Assembly: GCA_965240325.2 (NCBI GenBank)
Contig: OZ251231.1
Location: forward strand, 620,001-684,000
DNA: 64,000 nt
Direction of reading: 5' to 3'
Origin: Rebecca billardiae RCC1528
Lineage: Eukaryota > Protista > Haptophyta
Under the pieces are notes generated by a model. That model searched no databases. It saw nothing but the letters and a program-made list of their open reading frames with translations, and was not told where the DNA came from. Positions 46,362 through 59,122 of the stretch are shown here, in pieces (within the stretch, counting starts at the first letter, position 1; each line of letters starts with the position of its first letter). The position numbers and the translations under genes were made by a program.

Positions 46362-46536
46362 TGACGCCCAACGTGCCTGTTTTTTTTTAATTAAAATTCC
46401 CCTTTATAACGGGCTCCGGGTGATCAGACTGGCGGCCGAAGCCTCCAGCCCTACCCTGGCCAGCCCCCACCAGAACCTGTGGATCCGGCCTCAAAAGGGC
46501 CGTGCAAGGGGTCTGTTCGCGAGGCGGCCATCCCGC

Positions 46537-48076
46537 ATGGCCGTGTCATCATCCGCCCAGCCGGCCGCGTCACTTCCGAAGGAGGGAGCGCCACGCCAGG
46601 TCTCCGCGACCACGACAGCACTCTCGAGCCGTGTGAGCGCTCCACCATCCGCTCAAAAGCCCGACGCGTCTGCTCCGCGGCACGCGGCACTGCGCCGGCT
46701 GCCTGCGACTGCCGTGGCCCTCAGCTGCACGTTTGCAGACTACCTCGGCCTGGCGATCGTGCAGCCCACGCTGCCGTTCTACCTCGCCGACCTTGGCGAG
46801 GCAGACGTGGCGCTGTGGACGGGCATCATCCTCACCTCGCAGTTTGCCGGCATCGTGCTGAGCAATCCGGTCTGGGGCGCAGTGGCGGACAGGGCGGGGC
46901 CGAGGCGCGCGTTGCAGCTCGCGATGGCGCTGGATGCCGTGCTCCTCGCGGCGAGCGCGGCGGCCAGCTCCCCCCTCGCGCTCGTCGTCATGCGCTTCTT
47001 TGTCGGCTGCGCCTCCCCGCTCGTGCCCGCCATCGCGACGCTCTTTGCCTCCCTCCCGCCCGAGCGCACGGCGCGGGGCATGGGCCATTTTGCCCTGTCT
47101 GTGCAGGGTGGTTTCGTGCTTGGCAGCGCTGTCGCCGGGCCGACGTTCGACGCGGGCGGCTGGGTGGCCACGTGCCTGCTCGCCGGCGCGCTCGCCGCCC
47201 TCGCCGCCGCGCTCCTGCTCCTCGCGCAGCCCGACGCGGCCCGCGGCACCCGCTCCCACGGCGCGCGGCCGGAGGGCGTGCGTGACGCGCTGCGATCCGC
47301 CTACTTCACGGTGCACGCTGCGACGAGCGTGCTCACGGGGTACGCGATGAATCTGAGCTTCGCGGTGATGGCGGTCGCGCTGCGGGCCGAGTTCGCGTGG
47401 GGCGTGCTCGCGGTGAGCCGCGCGTTCCTCGTGGTGATCGCCGTGATGGCCCTCTGCTTCCTGCTGGTCGTGCCGTTCGCCGCGCGCCGGCTCGGCACGG
47501 AGCGGCTGATTGGCACCGGGCTTGTGCTGCTCGTGCCCGCCTCGGCGCTGCTGCTCAGCCCGCTCCGAGAGCGCGACGGGCTGTGGCTCACGGGCCTCGT
47601 CGCCTTCCACATCACAGCCTCGGCCACGGTGCACGTGCCCAACCAGGTGCGCGCGCCACAGTACACGCGCAACAGCGGCGCGTGCGCTCCATTCCCACCC
47701 GACCGTTGACACTGGACCCGTTCATCGTGACCGCTGCGCGTGCGACGATCGACCGCGCGAGCAGGTGCGCGCGCGGCTCATCGGCGACCGGCTGACGAGG
47801 AATGGCACGGGGGCTATTGCGGGCGCGGGGCGCACCTTCTTCGCGCTCGGACAGGCGGTGGGCCCAGCGGCCAGCCTGGCGCTGTACTCGCGCGTGGGCA
47901 CAGCGGCTCCATGGGCGGTGTTCGCGGCGATGGCGGCAGCCGTCGCGGCCCTCCATTTGTTGCTCCGCGTGTGGGGTCCTCCCGGTCGGGCGGGCGAGTG
48001 CGCCGGGCATGCTCAGCCACCTGCGCACACCAGCGCGCCAGCCGCGGCGGATCGCTCGCTCGAAGCTGTGAGTTGA
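46537..48076 (+). CDS. MFS transporter (DHA1/TetA-like), 2 exons (46537-47646, 47765-48076)
   Basis: FADYLGLAIVQPTLPFY; motif A WGAVADRAGPRRAL; phase-0 intron 47647-47764; final TMs GRTFFALGQAVGP. Confidence 0.85.
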
Positions 48077-48553
48077 TAACGCTGCCGCAGCCTACTGCCT
48101 AGCCGACAGCCGACTGCTCACTGCCGAGCCAGAGATATGTAATGACGAATAATCTGACTGCTGATAATGATGATCGAGAGTCACTCAAGCGTACTACTGC
48201 TACTAGTAGTGCACTAGTGCTCGTGGCACCGTAGACAGGCGTACTGCTGCAGCAACTGGTACATTTACGCACATGACACCGACTGCTTAGTCACCTGATG
48301 CTCCCCCCTCACCCCTGGCCCGCGCTCGGCCCGCTCCGGCGGCCTGTGGCTGTTGGCTGTTTGCCCCCGGCCCCCCGCCTGGAGCCGGTCAGATCACAGT
48401 CACAAAGAAGTGTAGAGTCGGACAGGCTCCTATCCCCCCGACTCAGTCACTCAGCCTCTACCGAGTGCCGTAGCTACAGTTTACTATCACCGCCTTCTAA
48501 TGGCCCTGTAACGGCCGGCGGGTCGCTCTGCGACACCGCCAACAGAAAGGAGT

Positions 48554-49134
48554 AAGGACAGTGCCAGTCGTGGCACCCCAAGGACTTTGGCCCCGCGCCC
48601 CTCTCGCGGGCCCTGGCGCGCGAACGCGTATCCACTAGTGGCCGCCGAGCCGTAGTTTGGCGCTCCGTGCACCAACAAAGACATCCCCAGCAGCATGTTG
48701 CCACTCGACACCTCGTCTCGCCTCGCGCGGAGCCAACTTGTGGTGTGCCGGAGCCACCCGAAGCACACTGGGCCGTGTAGCGACGCGCGTGGCGGGTCAA
48801 CAGTGCATCACGAAGGCGTCGCACGCGCAATCCGTTGAGTGCATACTCATGTCTGTCCCATGGCACGTCATGCACCGCCGTGTGCTCCGACGCACTCCCG
48901 ACTCGCGACGCGCCGCGCGCAGCACAGCCTGTGCTTCGGGTAGCTCCCGCACACCACAAGTTGGCTCCGCGCGAGGCGAGACGAGGTGTCGAGTGGCAAC
49001 ATGCGGCTGGGGATGTCTTTGTTGGTGCACGGAGCGCCAAACTACGGCTCGGTGACCACTAGTGGATACGCGTTCGCGCGCCAGAGCCCGCGAGAGGGGC
49101 GCGGGGTCAAAGTCCCCGGGGTGCCACTGTCCTT
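48554..49134. mobile_element. Foldback/MITE-like element with about 200-bp imperfect inverted arms
   Basis: 48570-48767 is the near reverse complement of 48930-49127; termini AAGGACAGT / ACTGTCCTT; about 160-bp spacer; no TSD recognised. Confidence 0.7.
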
Positions 49135-49335
49135 TCCGCCGCACCCCTCGCACAGCGAGGGGTGCTCGACCGTTACGGCACCTGGTTTACTATGAGCACA
49201 AAGACCAGCAGACCGGCGCAGGTCTGCAGCCAGGCAGGTGAGTGGCGCCGGGCGCGTCGCCGATGACGACGCCGAACGGCCCGCCCCGGCCGGCCGGCTG
49301 CGTGGACCTCGCCGACCGAACCCTCTTCCGCCCCG

Positions 49336-51384
49336 ATGTCCGCTATCGCCTCGGCGCCAGCTCCTGATTCCACCTCGGTGACTGTCGACGACGCTGCTCC
49401 TGCCGCGCCTCTCATCCCCTCCGTCGCTCCGCACCAGCCCGCACCCGTTATCGGGGTCGCGCCAGACGCGGAGCGTGGAGCGGTCGTCTCAACATTGAGC
49501 GAGCCCGCGATGGAAGCCGCCGATCCAAGCGATGCGCCCGACAACGCGCTGCTGGACAGCGACGCAGACAAGGAGGACGCGGACGATCAGAACCTTGGCA
49601 GGTGGAGGCGCCCGAGCATCGACTTCTGGGCGCGCATGGGCCGCGCGGAGAGCGCCGTGTCACTCTCGAGCCTCGTGCTCGGCGCGGGCGAGGTTGCGGA
49701 CGGTTCAGTCCTGCGCGCGCGCGCGAGGTCCGCCGCTGCGCTCGACGGCTATGCCGGAACGCTCTCGCCGACGGTGTCCTCGCGTATCACACGCCCGAGG
49801 GCACCGACGGCGCCGCATGCCTACGCGCACGCCCGCCGCTTGCGGCTGGACACGCCGCCGATCACCGAGGACGAGACCGCCGCAGCGAGCGCCGACGACG
49901 TCGCCGTGCCAGCCTCGGGCGGCGAAGGCGGCATGTCCGTGCGCGTGGTAGGGCTACTCTGCCTCTGCGAGATTGCGCACTTCTACTCCATGTGCTCCAT
50001 CTTCTCGTACGCGGGCTTCCTGTGTGTGGACGCGGGCTGGGTGGAGTCGGCGGACCGCGCGGGCTTCCTAGCGGGGCTGCTGGCGACCATGCTGCCGCTC
50101 GGCCGGCTGCCCACGTCCGTGCCGTGGGGGCACCTCGCAGACAAGGCGGGCCGACGGCCCGCGCTCGTCGGCTCGATGGCGGGCGTCGCCCTCGGCTCCG
50201 TCGCGTTCGCGTTCTGCACCGACCTGCGCGCTGCGCTTGCGGTGCGCTTTGTGCTGCTGGGGGCCGGCAACGGCTGGGTCTCGATCCTCGGGCCGATCTG
50301 CGCGGAGAACGCGGCCGGTGAGCAGGCGCGCCTGATCGGCTACGTGTTTGGCGCCGGCGGCGTGATCAACATGCTCGGCCCCGCCGTCGGCGGGCTGACG
50401 TACGGCAGCGGGCCGCTCGGCGCGCGCTTCCCCGCGATGGTGCCCTCCCTGATCGGGGCAGTGCTCGGCGCCCTGGCCGCGCTGCTCGCATATCAGTGGC
50501 TGCCCGAGACCAAGCCGGTGGCCGCGCGGCCACGGCTCAGCCTCGGCCCGCGCGAGAGCGGCGCTTCGCGTGCCTCCGGCCCCCGGCTCAGTGGCGCGTC
50601 ACACGCGTCCGGGCCTCGGCTCAGCGGCGCGAGCGGCGGCGCCGCCAAGAAGACCAAGCGGCTCGAGAACGGCGGCGCGGCGGGACCGGGGCTTGGGCGC
50701 GCGCTACTCACGCCGCCGATGCCCGCCATGCTCGTCCTGCGCAGCGGCATCGGCCTCGCGACCTTCGCGAGCTTCGACATCGTCCCGCTGTGGGCGATCG
50801 CCTCGTTGGACGCGGGAGGCGTGCAGCTGCCCAAGCAGTCCCTCGGCCTCCTCCTCGCCGCGGCCGCGAGCGTGCAGCTGCTGTGGACGACGTTCGCGAT
50901 CGGGCCGGGCATGGCGCGCGCGGGCAGCCGGCGGACGTTCGCCGGCGCGTGCGTCGTCGGCGCGTGCGCGCTCGTCGCGCTGCCGCACACGCACACGATG
51001 CCGCTGCTCGCTGTGATCCCGCTCGTGGCCGCGCAGGCAGCCGCGCTCAACACAGCCTGCACAGCCTCCATCGTGGCGACCAACGAGGCGGTGACCCTCG
51101 TCGCGCACGAGCTCGCGGGCGCGCTCAACGGCGTGCTGGTGACGGCCGAGTCCGTCGCCAAGGCGCTCGGGCCGGCTGTGGGGGCGCCAGTGTTCGCAGC
51201 TGCGATCACTGCTTGGCCAGCGTCAGGGGGCCAGCAGCCCAGCGGCGCCGCGCTCACCTTCGCGGGCCTCGCCGTGCTCGTCAGCCTCTTCGGCGCCGGC
51301 GTGGCTCGCTTCCTGCGCGCCCTCGACTCGCGCGATGACATTCGCGCGAGCCCGATCGATGGCCTACCTGTGATGATGATGTAG
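49336..51384 (+). CDS. MFS transporter, ZIFL (zinc-induced facilitator-like) type, with long disordered N-terminus
   Basis: SIFSYAGFL...AGFLAGLL...GRLPTSVPWGHLADKAGRRP...VRFVLLG; GALNG...ESVAKALGP. Confidence 0.85.
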   Translation: MSAIASAPAPDSTSVTVDDAAPAAPLIPSVAPHQPAPVIGVAPDAERGAVVSTLSEPAMEAADPSDAPDNALLDSDADKEDADDQNLGRWRRPSIDFWARMGRAESAVSLSSLVLGAGEVADGSVLRARARSAAALDGYAGTLSPTVSSRITRPRAPTAPHAYAHARRLRLDTPPITEDETAAASADDVAVPASGGEGGMSVRVVGLLCLCEIAHFYSMCSIFSYAGFLCVDAGWVESADRAGFLAGLLATMLPLGRLPTSVPWGHLADKAGRRPALVGSMAGVALGSVAFAFCTDLRAALAVRFVLLGAGNGWVSILGPICAENAAGEQARLIGYVFGAGGVINMLGPAVGGLTYGSGPLGARFPAMVPSLIGAVLGALAALLAYQWLPETKPVAARPRLSLGPRESGASRASGPRLSGASHASGPRLSGASGGAAKKTKRLENGGAAGPGLGRALLTPPMPAMLVLRSGIGLATFASFDIVPLWAIASLDAGGVQLPKQSLGLLLAAAASVQLLWTTFAIGPGMARAGSRRTFAGACVVGACALVALPHTHTMPLLAVIPLVAAQAAALNTACTASIVATNEAVTLVAHELAGALNGVLVTAESVAKALGPAVGAPVFAAAITAWPASGGQQPSGAALTFAGLAVLVSLFGAGVARFLRALDSRDDIRASPIDGLPVMMM

Positions 51385-51405
51385 TCATGTAGTGAGACTG
51401 CTGTA

Positions 51406-51408
<3 letters not shown>

Positions 51409-51439
<31 letters not shown>

Positions 51440-51522
51440 GTCTCTCGCGCGCGCGCGCTCTCTCTCTCTCTAGCTCTCTCTCTCTAGCTCTCTCTCTCGA
51501 GAGAGAGAGAGAGACGAGAGAG
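51409..51522. repeat. Compound (CT)n/(CG)n/(GA)n microsatellite
   Basis: CT tracts followed by an inverted GA tract. Confidence 0.9.
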
Positions 51523-54500
51523 AATCATACAGGCGTCGCAATCGCGGGCTGAATCTGAACTGCCGAGGAGCTGTCAACGCGGCGCGAAGTGCCGCGAACG
51601 GGGCATGAAAAAAATTCCAGCGCATCCCCACTGGGCGGAAGTGCGGACGGGTTACGGTAACGCCGAAAATCGATTTCTTTACTGTGCACGTAGTTAAGAA
51701 ACTGGGGCTTGCTATCTGCGGATCTGGCCTAGAAACTGAGCAGACTAGCGATTGGCTGGTTCGCTATACGCATATAGTCACACTGCTAAAATGTGATACC
51801 GGGGACTACAGTCGTCGCGGCTGACGAACGAGTGGTCCGCCGAGGCGCAGTTGGCCCGTGGGACGCCGCGCGCGGCCCGACTACGAGTACAGGCCAAGTC
51901 CCGACTTCTCCTGATGACTGACTCCTAGTCCTGGCCAGTGCACCGCAGCATCCATGCAACATCATGCCAGATTTATTGCTCCAAAAAGGCCCAACAATTC
52001 CTTCGGCCTCGCCGGCCAGGCCTGAAGACTCAGCGGAGGGCTCTGCCCCCCTGCGCCCCCCCGCGCCTGCGCGGCGGGCGGACCTAGCAGCTAAGAAACT
52101 GAGAATCCGTAGGCGCTCGGGCTACCGAACGGCTAAGAAACCGAGACTAGCCGTGAGATCTCTGACTTCTTATTGCCCGCGATTGCCTGTAATGCTGCTG
52201 ATGACATGCACATGCATGCAATGCAGTTGACAGTTGTATAATAATCGGATAAATCAGCATAAAATTCATAAATGAAGGCCGCGCGTACGTTCTGCGCTCA
52301 TCAGACTCAGTGGCACTGGGCACTGCTGTTTTGCAATAATAATCTGCGGGCGGACTCTCCGACTCCTTCCGTAGAACCGGCAGCGCCGCAGATGGGCAGT
52401 GGGGGTCCGCGGTGCACCCTCCGTCTAATGCTGCCACAGCCTCTGACATGTAGTTTGCCTGAGCGCCCTGAGCTCACGGCCACCGCCACTGAACCCAGGC
52501 CCGGCCCCGGACGGCCCGAGTACGTACAGAGGGCCTGCTCGCCAGCCGCGACGTCGCGGCTTGCGTGCGACTCGGCGGCCCGGATCGGATGCCGCAATCA
52601 ATGACGGCAATGAGCACTCGCGCTGGCTGGCTAGTCCTTCAGCCCGCGAGGTTGCGCGAGGTGCGGACTCTGAGGCTCGCAGGGGCGTGTAGACTGTAGT
52701 CGTGATGGTTACGACGGCCATATCACTCATATGCGCCTCCAGACACCGCCACACGAAGAAGGCTGGCGGGTAGCGGGTGAGCCGCTGGCTAGTGGCTGGC
52801 TGCGCGGGAACAGAACATTTAAGTAGCATCTAGTAGGTGGGTCCCTGGCGATTTTCCAGCGGTCTTTTAAACATTTACCGGGTTTTCTGGCCTGATTTCT
52901 TTTCGCGCGGGGCGCGGCTCGGGAAAATCGCCGGGCCGCCGGCCGAGGTCCGATCTGAACGCTCCCGACGATGTCGGAGCGCCTCTCCAGCGCGACCGAG
53001 CCGCCGTGTGTCGGGTAGACCACAGCCAACACCTATCGCGCGCTCCAGCGCTTTGCGCGTGCTCACGGATGGGATCCATGGTCACACATCCCCCGCCTGG
53101 CACGTGCCCGCATGTTTGACTCTCGCCCGGCTAGACGCGTACAGACAACTTGAATCGATCGGCGGGTGTTCGACCCGTGCCTTCGAGCAGGGTCAGTTTT
53201 TGCCACATGCGGGTCAGGCGACGGGAGGCATGGGTCAGTGTCGTGCACGGGCATGCTCTTGACGCTCCCGCCATCTTGAGCAGCTCAACGCACCGTGAAG
53301 GTGACATTTGGGCTGTGCGCAAGCTGCTCGTGAGAACGCACGACAGCCAGCCCCGGGCTCTCGGGGAGCCATGTAAGCGATTGGCGACTTCCGAGAGGGC
53401 GTGTTTGGTGGGGGTTGGTACCAATCATCGACCAGCAGGCCTAGGATGGGTGCACTGAGGACTTGGAATGCTGAGAAGCCGCCGCGATGTGCGGCGAGCA
53501 CGCCGACTTGCCATCCGTGTGCACGATCCAGCGCCAGGAAGATCAGCAGGGCCTTTGACAGCGGCAGCAGGCGCTCAGCGATCCTTCCCTATGCCGAGGG
53601 TGGGCATAGTATGCGGTGCTCGAGGGTGGTCGCAGGATATGGGTCCATTCTTGACAGAACGCGGTCGCGTTGACAGGCGCGGGTGCCACCCCACGCTGTT
53701 GCTCCTGCCATTGGGTGGTCCCACTCGTTCCGCTTGTGGTCTGCGAAGACTCGTACTCAGCAACTCTACGGCTAGGCGTAGTAGACCCCTCAGACGCATG
53801 TCTGATGATTGCCCGGCACGTTCTCGTCGTCACGTTGGGTGTACTTGAGCGAGCGGAAGCCGCAACGTGATGGCTAGGCCAGAAGCTCAACCATCTGACG
53901 TCTCGCCGGCCAACTGGCTGAGTGCTCTCAGCCTAGCAGCAGCGTCGGTGAACCTATCGTATTGCTGCCTGGCGAGAAGATGGCAGGAGGCATCGTCGGC
54001 GGCATGGGCTGCAGCTGCGGTAGTTATGGACTGGTGGCGGCCTCACGCGGGTGGGCATACGACGACCGGTCACACGCGGAGTACGAGCACGGAAGCCGCC
54101 GAACGCGGCAAGCTCCGGCGGTGGCGTTGGCTGATAGTCCAGCCTCGACGGCGGAGGGCTCCCGTGTGACGACGGTGGCATGCTCGGTGGCGGGCGATGG
54201 TGTGTGCCTCGGCACGCAGCCCGCCACAAACACTGCCACTCGCAGGCAGTCCGGTTGCGGCCCGGGTTGCCTGTGTCCGCGTCGCTCGGCGCCTATTCGA
54301 TGACCCAACAAACGTACCCACATATCGGAACGAATTTGAATATATAGTGAACCGCATCCACGGTCAATATAAAGTGGGTAACATTCATACTATATACGGG
54401 TAAGTGGATATATGAAGTGGGTAATATGCTCGATCTGGCTGTAGTTTGTTGGAGGTATCAGCGCACAGCATAGAGCCCCACTCTTTGCTTCATAAAATGG

Positions 54501-55608
54501 TTCGGTCGGGTGTCAACGGTTGTCAATAAGTACTTCCGATCGCATGTCGCCATCTAGCCACCATAAGCATGAAGTAACGCTTCGCAAAATCTCTATGTGA
54601 CACTACTGGCGCGGCGCGCGCGCGCTCGGCCGCGCGACGGCACGCGGAGTAGGTTTTGAGGTCGAAACTTTTGCTCCGCCCCGATGGGACGCATTTATAG
54701 CGTCGATTCTGGGTGAGAGACAAAATATAGGACGTCATTCTGAGTGCGCCAGAATATCGCCCCAGTTGGGAGGGACCCACCTACATCTAGGACGACGTCA
54801 TAGAAGTGCACTGTAACGTCATCTTCCTAGCGCGTACAATAGCTCCTGTACTACGTACAGTAGTAGTACGTACTGTACTACCGTCACTGTCTGAGCTGCT
54901 GTGTGCGTCTCCTACAGAGTCCTACTACTAAGTACTATTCTTTTAGTAAACTGTTGGCTCCGTCCGTTGGCACCGCTCTCTCATCAGCCTGAAACGGCCG
55001 AGCGGGCTCGACGCGAGCCCGCTTGGGGAAACAACAGTGCGTTCCACCCGCCGGAGTGCACGCGACCCCTTGGCGGGCCCTCGGGCGCCAACCGTTGCGG
55101 CCTATTGGCTCGTACCGCGTGGGGGGGCGTAGAGTGGACCAATGAACCCTCTCGCACCGCCCGGGCCGACCTCGACACCCGTCACTCGCTCGCGCGCGGC
55201 CGCGGAGCCCCACGAGCGCACCGCCGAGCACCCGGCCGGCACCCGCGCCGGCCAAGCTGGCGAGAATGGCGCTGAGGAATGGCGGCGAAGGCGCGCCAGC
55301 GTTGCGCGCACGATGAATCACCACGCTCCGCCTGCCGCCACCGCCCCCGCTGTCATCTTGCGCCCTGACCCGCCTCCTGAGCGGCACGCGCGGTGGGCTG
55401 GGGAGTGCCAGGCGGCCATGCTGATCAGCCGCCGCCACCATGGCGCGCGCGCTCACGGCGCAGCACCTCCTGGAGGTAGTTCCGTGGCACAACGCCAGTG
55501 AAGATAAACACCGTCGCTTGCGGCTGCGATGCGCGCCTTGGCGCGCCGAGACTGGCAACGGCAGGAGATGCATCTGCCACACACCGCTGCTGACTGCGAA
55601 GTGCGGTA

Positions 55609-56420
55609 TAGTGGCCCTCAAGTTTAAGCGATAAAATCAAGCGGCGGCTCTATCGTCGGCGCTGAAGGTGAAGGCCGTGGTGCTGATGGCTGCGTACTTG
55701 GGGCTGATGCCCGCCCACAGTCACGTGTTCAACCTTGCCGTGTCGTGCGCGAGGCGGCGGTAGCGTGCGCTGAAAGTAGGTGCAGCCGATCGGCGAGCTC
55801 GACGGTAGCCGCGCGGCGGCCTCCCGACCAAGCCGTGTGAGGCAGCCGCCGGCCTGCGCCTGCGAGTCCTCCGTGCGTGGAGCTAGGCTCCCACGCGTGG
55901 CCCGAGGCGTACGCGGGGTGCCGTCCGAGCGCGCCAGTACACACCGAGCGCAGCAAGCTGGGCACCCTGCGCGGCAGGAGCATGCAATCGAGCGAGCGCT
56001 GCCCACGAGCTGAGCCTGTCGAGCCGCTGGCACGGCCCGGCGCGGCAGCTGCGCGAAAGTCTGTGGTGCGCCTGCACGTGGTCAAAGCACGAGCTCACAC
56101 GCTGTGTGTGGACCAGGGACACAGAGTGTACGTGCATGCGCACCACGCTCGAATTTATTGCGTGCGCGGAGCGGCGCTGTGCGTGCACGACCATGCTGGT
56201 GCATGTGAGACCAGTCAGGTCTGTGCGCGATGGCCGGCCGCGCGAGCGCGCGCGTGCGCGACACAGCACACGTGCGGGCGAGCCGTGTGTCTGCGCAGAC
56301 GCGGGTGCTCCCCGACCGTGCGCCACGAGCGAGAGAGCCGCCATGGTGCGCTCGTCACGGCGTGAGCGGGCGTGCAATCACGTAGCCAGCGAAGCGAACG
56401 CTTAAACCTGAGGGGTACTA
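55609..56420 (+). mobile_element. About 810-bp MITE with 20-bp TIRs and TA TSD, copy 1 (nested in the MULE)
   Basis: TA-GTGGCCCTCAAGTTTAAGCG ... CGCTTAAACCTGAGGGGTAC-TA; apparently identical to 59123-59934. Confidence 0.85.
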
Positions 56421-57195
56421 AGTGGTAATAAAAGAGAGGTAAATGGTGCGCTGGTGCCAGGGGTGCGCTGAGGCGCCCGGGCTGCACCACGCGCACGACA
56501 ATATTCAGGTCGGTATTCCACCACAGCGCGACCTCCGATCATTCGGCCCTGGTGGGCGAGGAGGAGACCATGCGCGTAGTGATTTGCGAGAGCTCGCTGA
56601 TGCTTAAGCGTTGCGGCGCGCGGCGGTGGCAATGCGCAGAGCATGGAGAGAAGGGCTGCAAACCACGATAGTACGACCCACTAGCGCTGCCTCTTCGAGG
56701 TTGTATGCGTCGATTGCGCTCTAACGCCGGGTGCTGCGCGCGCTGTGTCGCCCAGGCGGCCGCCACCGCGCCGCACGCGGCCGTCGCCGGAGCTCTTAGA
56801 CGGATGATGGCTGCGATTCAAAAGTAGATTCTTGTAACCGACCAATCGGCGAGCAGCTTGTGCATGGCTGCAGGGCGACCGCCGCCGGCGGCCGAGAGCC
56901 CCACGGTGCGACCATGCGCACAGCGAGCAGCGGCGCCGACGATCATGGCCAACTTGAGCTTAGCCGTGGCATACAGGAAGGGTCAGCGCGTATCGAAGAC
57001 TGCGATGGCAGCGACCTATGATCGCCACGACCTCTCCGTGAACGACGGGCTCGGCCAAGCCATTGAGATGGTGCTGGGGCTCATATGTTTGGGACGGACT
57101 TCACCGAGCCAGATGCCGGTAACGTCGATGCAGGGCTGTGCGACGCGCGTGCACGCCCGCACTTGAGGTCACAGCTGCCCGCGCGCCACCACCAT

Positions 57196-58812
57196 GGCCA
57201 GAGTTTTGGCTCAGCTCAGCTCACACGACCTCACGACCTGCCGATCAGCCGGCGCCTCACGGCTCAGGCAACAACACTGCTGCTGCGGCGCGTGCGCGCA
57301 AGCTGGCGCGCCGGCGCGGCGCGCAGTGCCAGGTACGGCCCCAGTGAGCGTATACATGGCACCGGCGGCCCGCCTCTGCTGTCGCGCGCGCGAGAGCTCG
57401 AGCTCGAATCTGACCAAGCTGAGCTGGGTGTGTCACGGCCAACGGCTACGGAGAGCTGCGGCTGCGGCTAGAGCCAGCGAGAAGCGCCGAGTCGGCGCGC
57501 GCGCCGTGCGCATCTGAAGGGCGGGCTCGGGCACGCGGTACACGCGCGGGGGGCGTGCCGAGCGCGAGGGCGCGCGCGCGCGCTCGGCGCTCCTCCTGCG
57601 CCGCCGCCACGGCCGGAGTTTCGGCTCAGCTCAGATCTCACGACCTCCCGACCTGCCGATCAGCCGGCACCTCACGGCTCAGGCAACAACACGGCTGCTG
57701 CGGCGCGTGCGCGCAAGCTGGCGCGCCGGCGCGGCGCGCAGTGCCAGGTACGGCCCCAGTGAGCGTACACATGGCACCGGCGGCCCGCCTCTGCTGTCGC
57801 GCGCGCGAGAGCTCGAGCTCGAATCTGACCAAGCTGAGCTGGGTGTGTCACGGCCAACGGCTACGGAGAGCTGCGGCTGCGGCTAGAGCCAGCGAGAAGC
57901 GCCGAGTCGGCGCGCGCGCCGTGCGCATCTGAAGGGCGGGCTCGGGCACGCGGTACACGCGCGGGGGGCGTGCCGAGCGCGAGGGCGCGCGCGCGCGCTC
58001 GGCGCTCATCCTGCGCCGCCGCCACGGCCGGAGTTTCGGCTCAGCTCAGATCTCACGACCTCCCGACCTGCCGATCAGCCGGCACCTCACGGCTCAGGCA
58101 ACAACACGGCTGCTGCGGCGCGTGCGCGCAAGCTGGCGCGCCGGCGCGGCGCGCAGCGCCAGGTACGGCCCCGGCGAGCGTACACATGGCACCGGCGGCC
58201 CGCCTCTACCGTCGTGCGCGCGAGAGCTCGAGCTCGAATCTGACCAAGCTGAGCTGGGTGTGTCACGGCCAACGGCTACGGAGAGCTGCGGGTAGAGCCA
58301 GCGAGAAGCGCCGAGTCGGCGCGCGCGCCATGCGCATCTGAAGGGCGGGCTCGGGCACGCGGTACACGCGCGGGGGGCGTGCCGAGCGCGAGGGCGCGCG
58401 CGCGCGCTCGGCGCTCATCCTGCGCCGCCGCCACGGCCGGAGTTTCGGCTCAGCTCAGATCTCACGACCTCCCGACCTGCCGATCAGCCGGCGCCTCACG
58501 GCTCAAGCAACGACACGGCTGCTGCGGCGCGTGCGCACACGCGCGCGCGCCGGCGCGGCGCGCAGCGCCAGGTACGGCCCCGATGAGCGTACACATGGCA
58601 CCGGCGGCCCGCCTCTACTGTCGCGCGCGCGAGAGCTCGAGCTCGAATCTGACCAAGCTGAGCTGGGCGTGTCACGACCAACGGCTACGGAGAGGTGCGG
58701 CTGCGGCTAGAGCCAGCGAGAAGCGCCGAGTCGGCGCGCGCGCCGTGCGCATCTAAAGGGCGGGCTCGGGCATGCGGTACACGCGCGGGGGGCGTGCCGA
58801 GCGCGCGCGCTC
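57196..58812 (+). repeat. Tandem array of about 4 units of 409-415 bp inside the MULE
   Basis: Unit starts at 57196, 57611, 58026 and 58435; the ORF track shows the same periodicity. Confidence 0.92.
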
Positions 58813-59122
58813 GCGCTCGAGGTCACAACTCCTGTGGCTGATTTGATCTTGCGGCCTCAGTGGCCTAGGCCATGGTCATCACATGTCACGTCCCTGACTG
58901 ACGCTTACGAATGACAACCCAGTCATGTTGCCAATGGAGCAGCACAGTCTCGTGCAACGGGGAGAAGCTGGCTACTCCGAGCGCTCCGGCACGATCCGTC
59001 CTAGCCATATAGCGCGCGCGCCAGCCAGAGTCGAAACGGACTGCGCGCGTCAGAGTGAATCTTCGTCGACACCTCCTACGATGATGCTCACGTCTCACGC
59101 GGGTTTTCAGCAGCCTCCGACT

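Noticed and set aside
52830-54430. Lower-GC stretch resembling a decayed TE or gene
   Set aside because: No recognisable motif in the frames I read; cannot be classified without a search.
57196-58812. Possible CRISPR-like array or repeated small genes
   Set aside because: Whole units are repeated with no unique spacers; eukaryotic context; the ORFs lack protein-like features.
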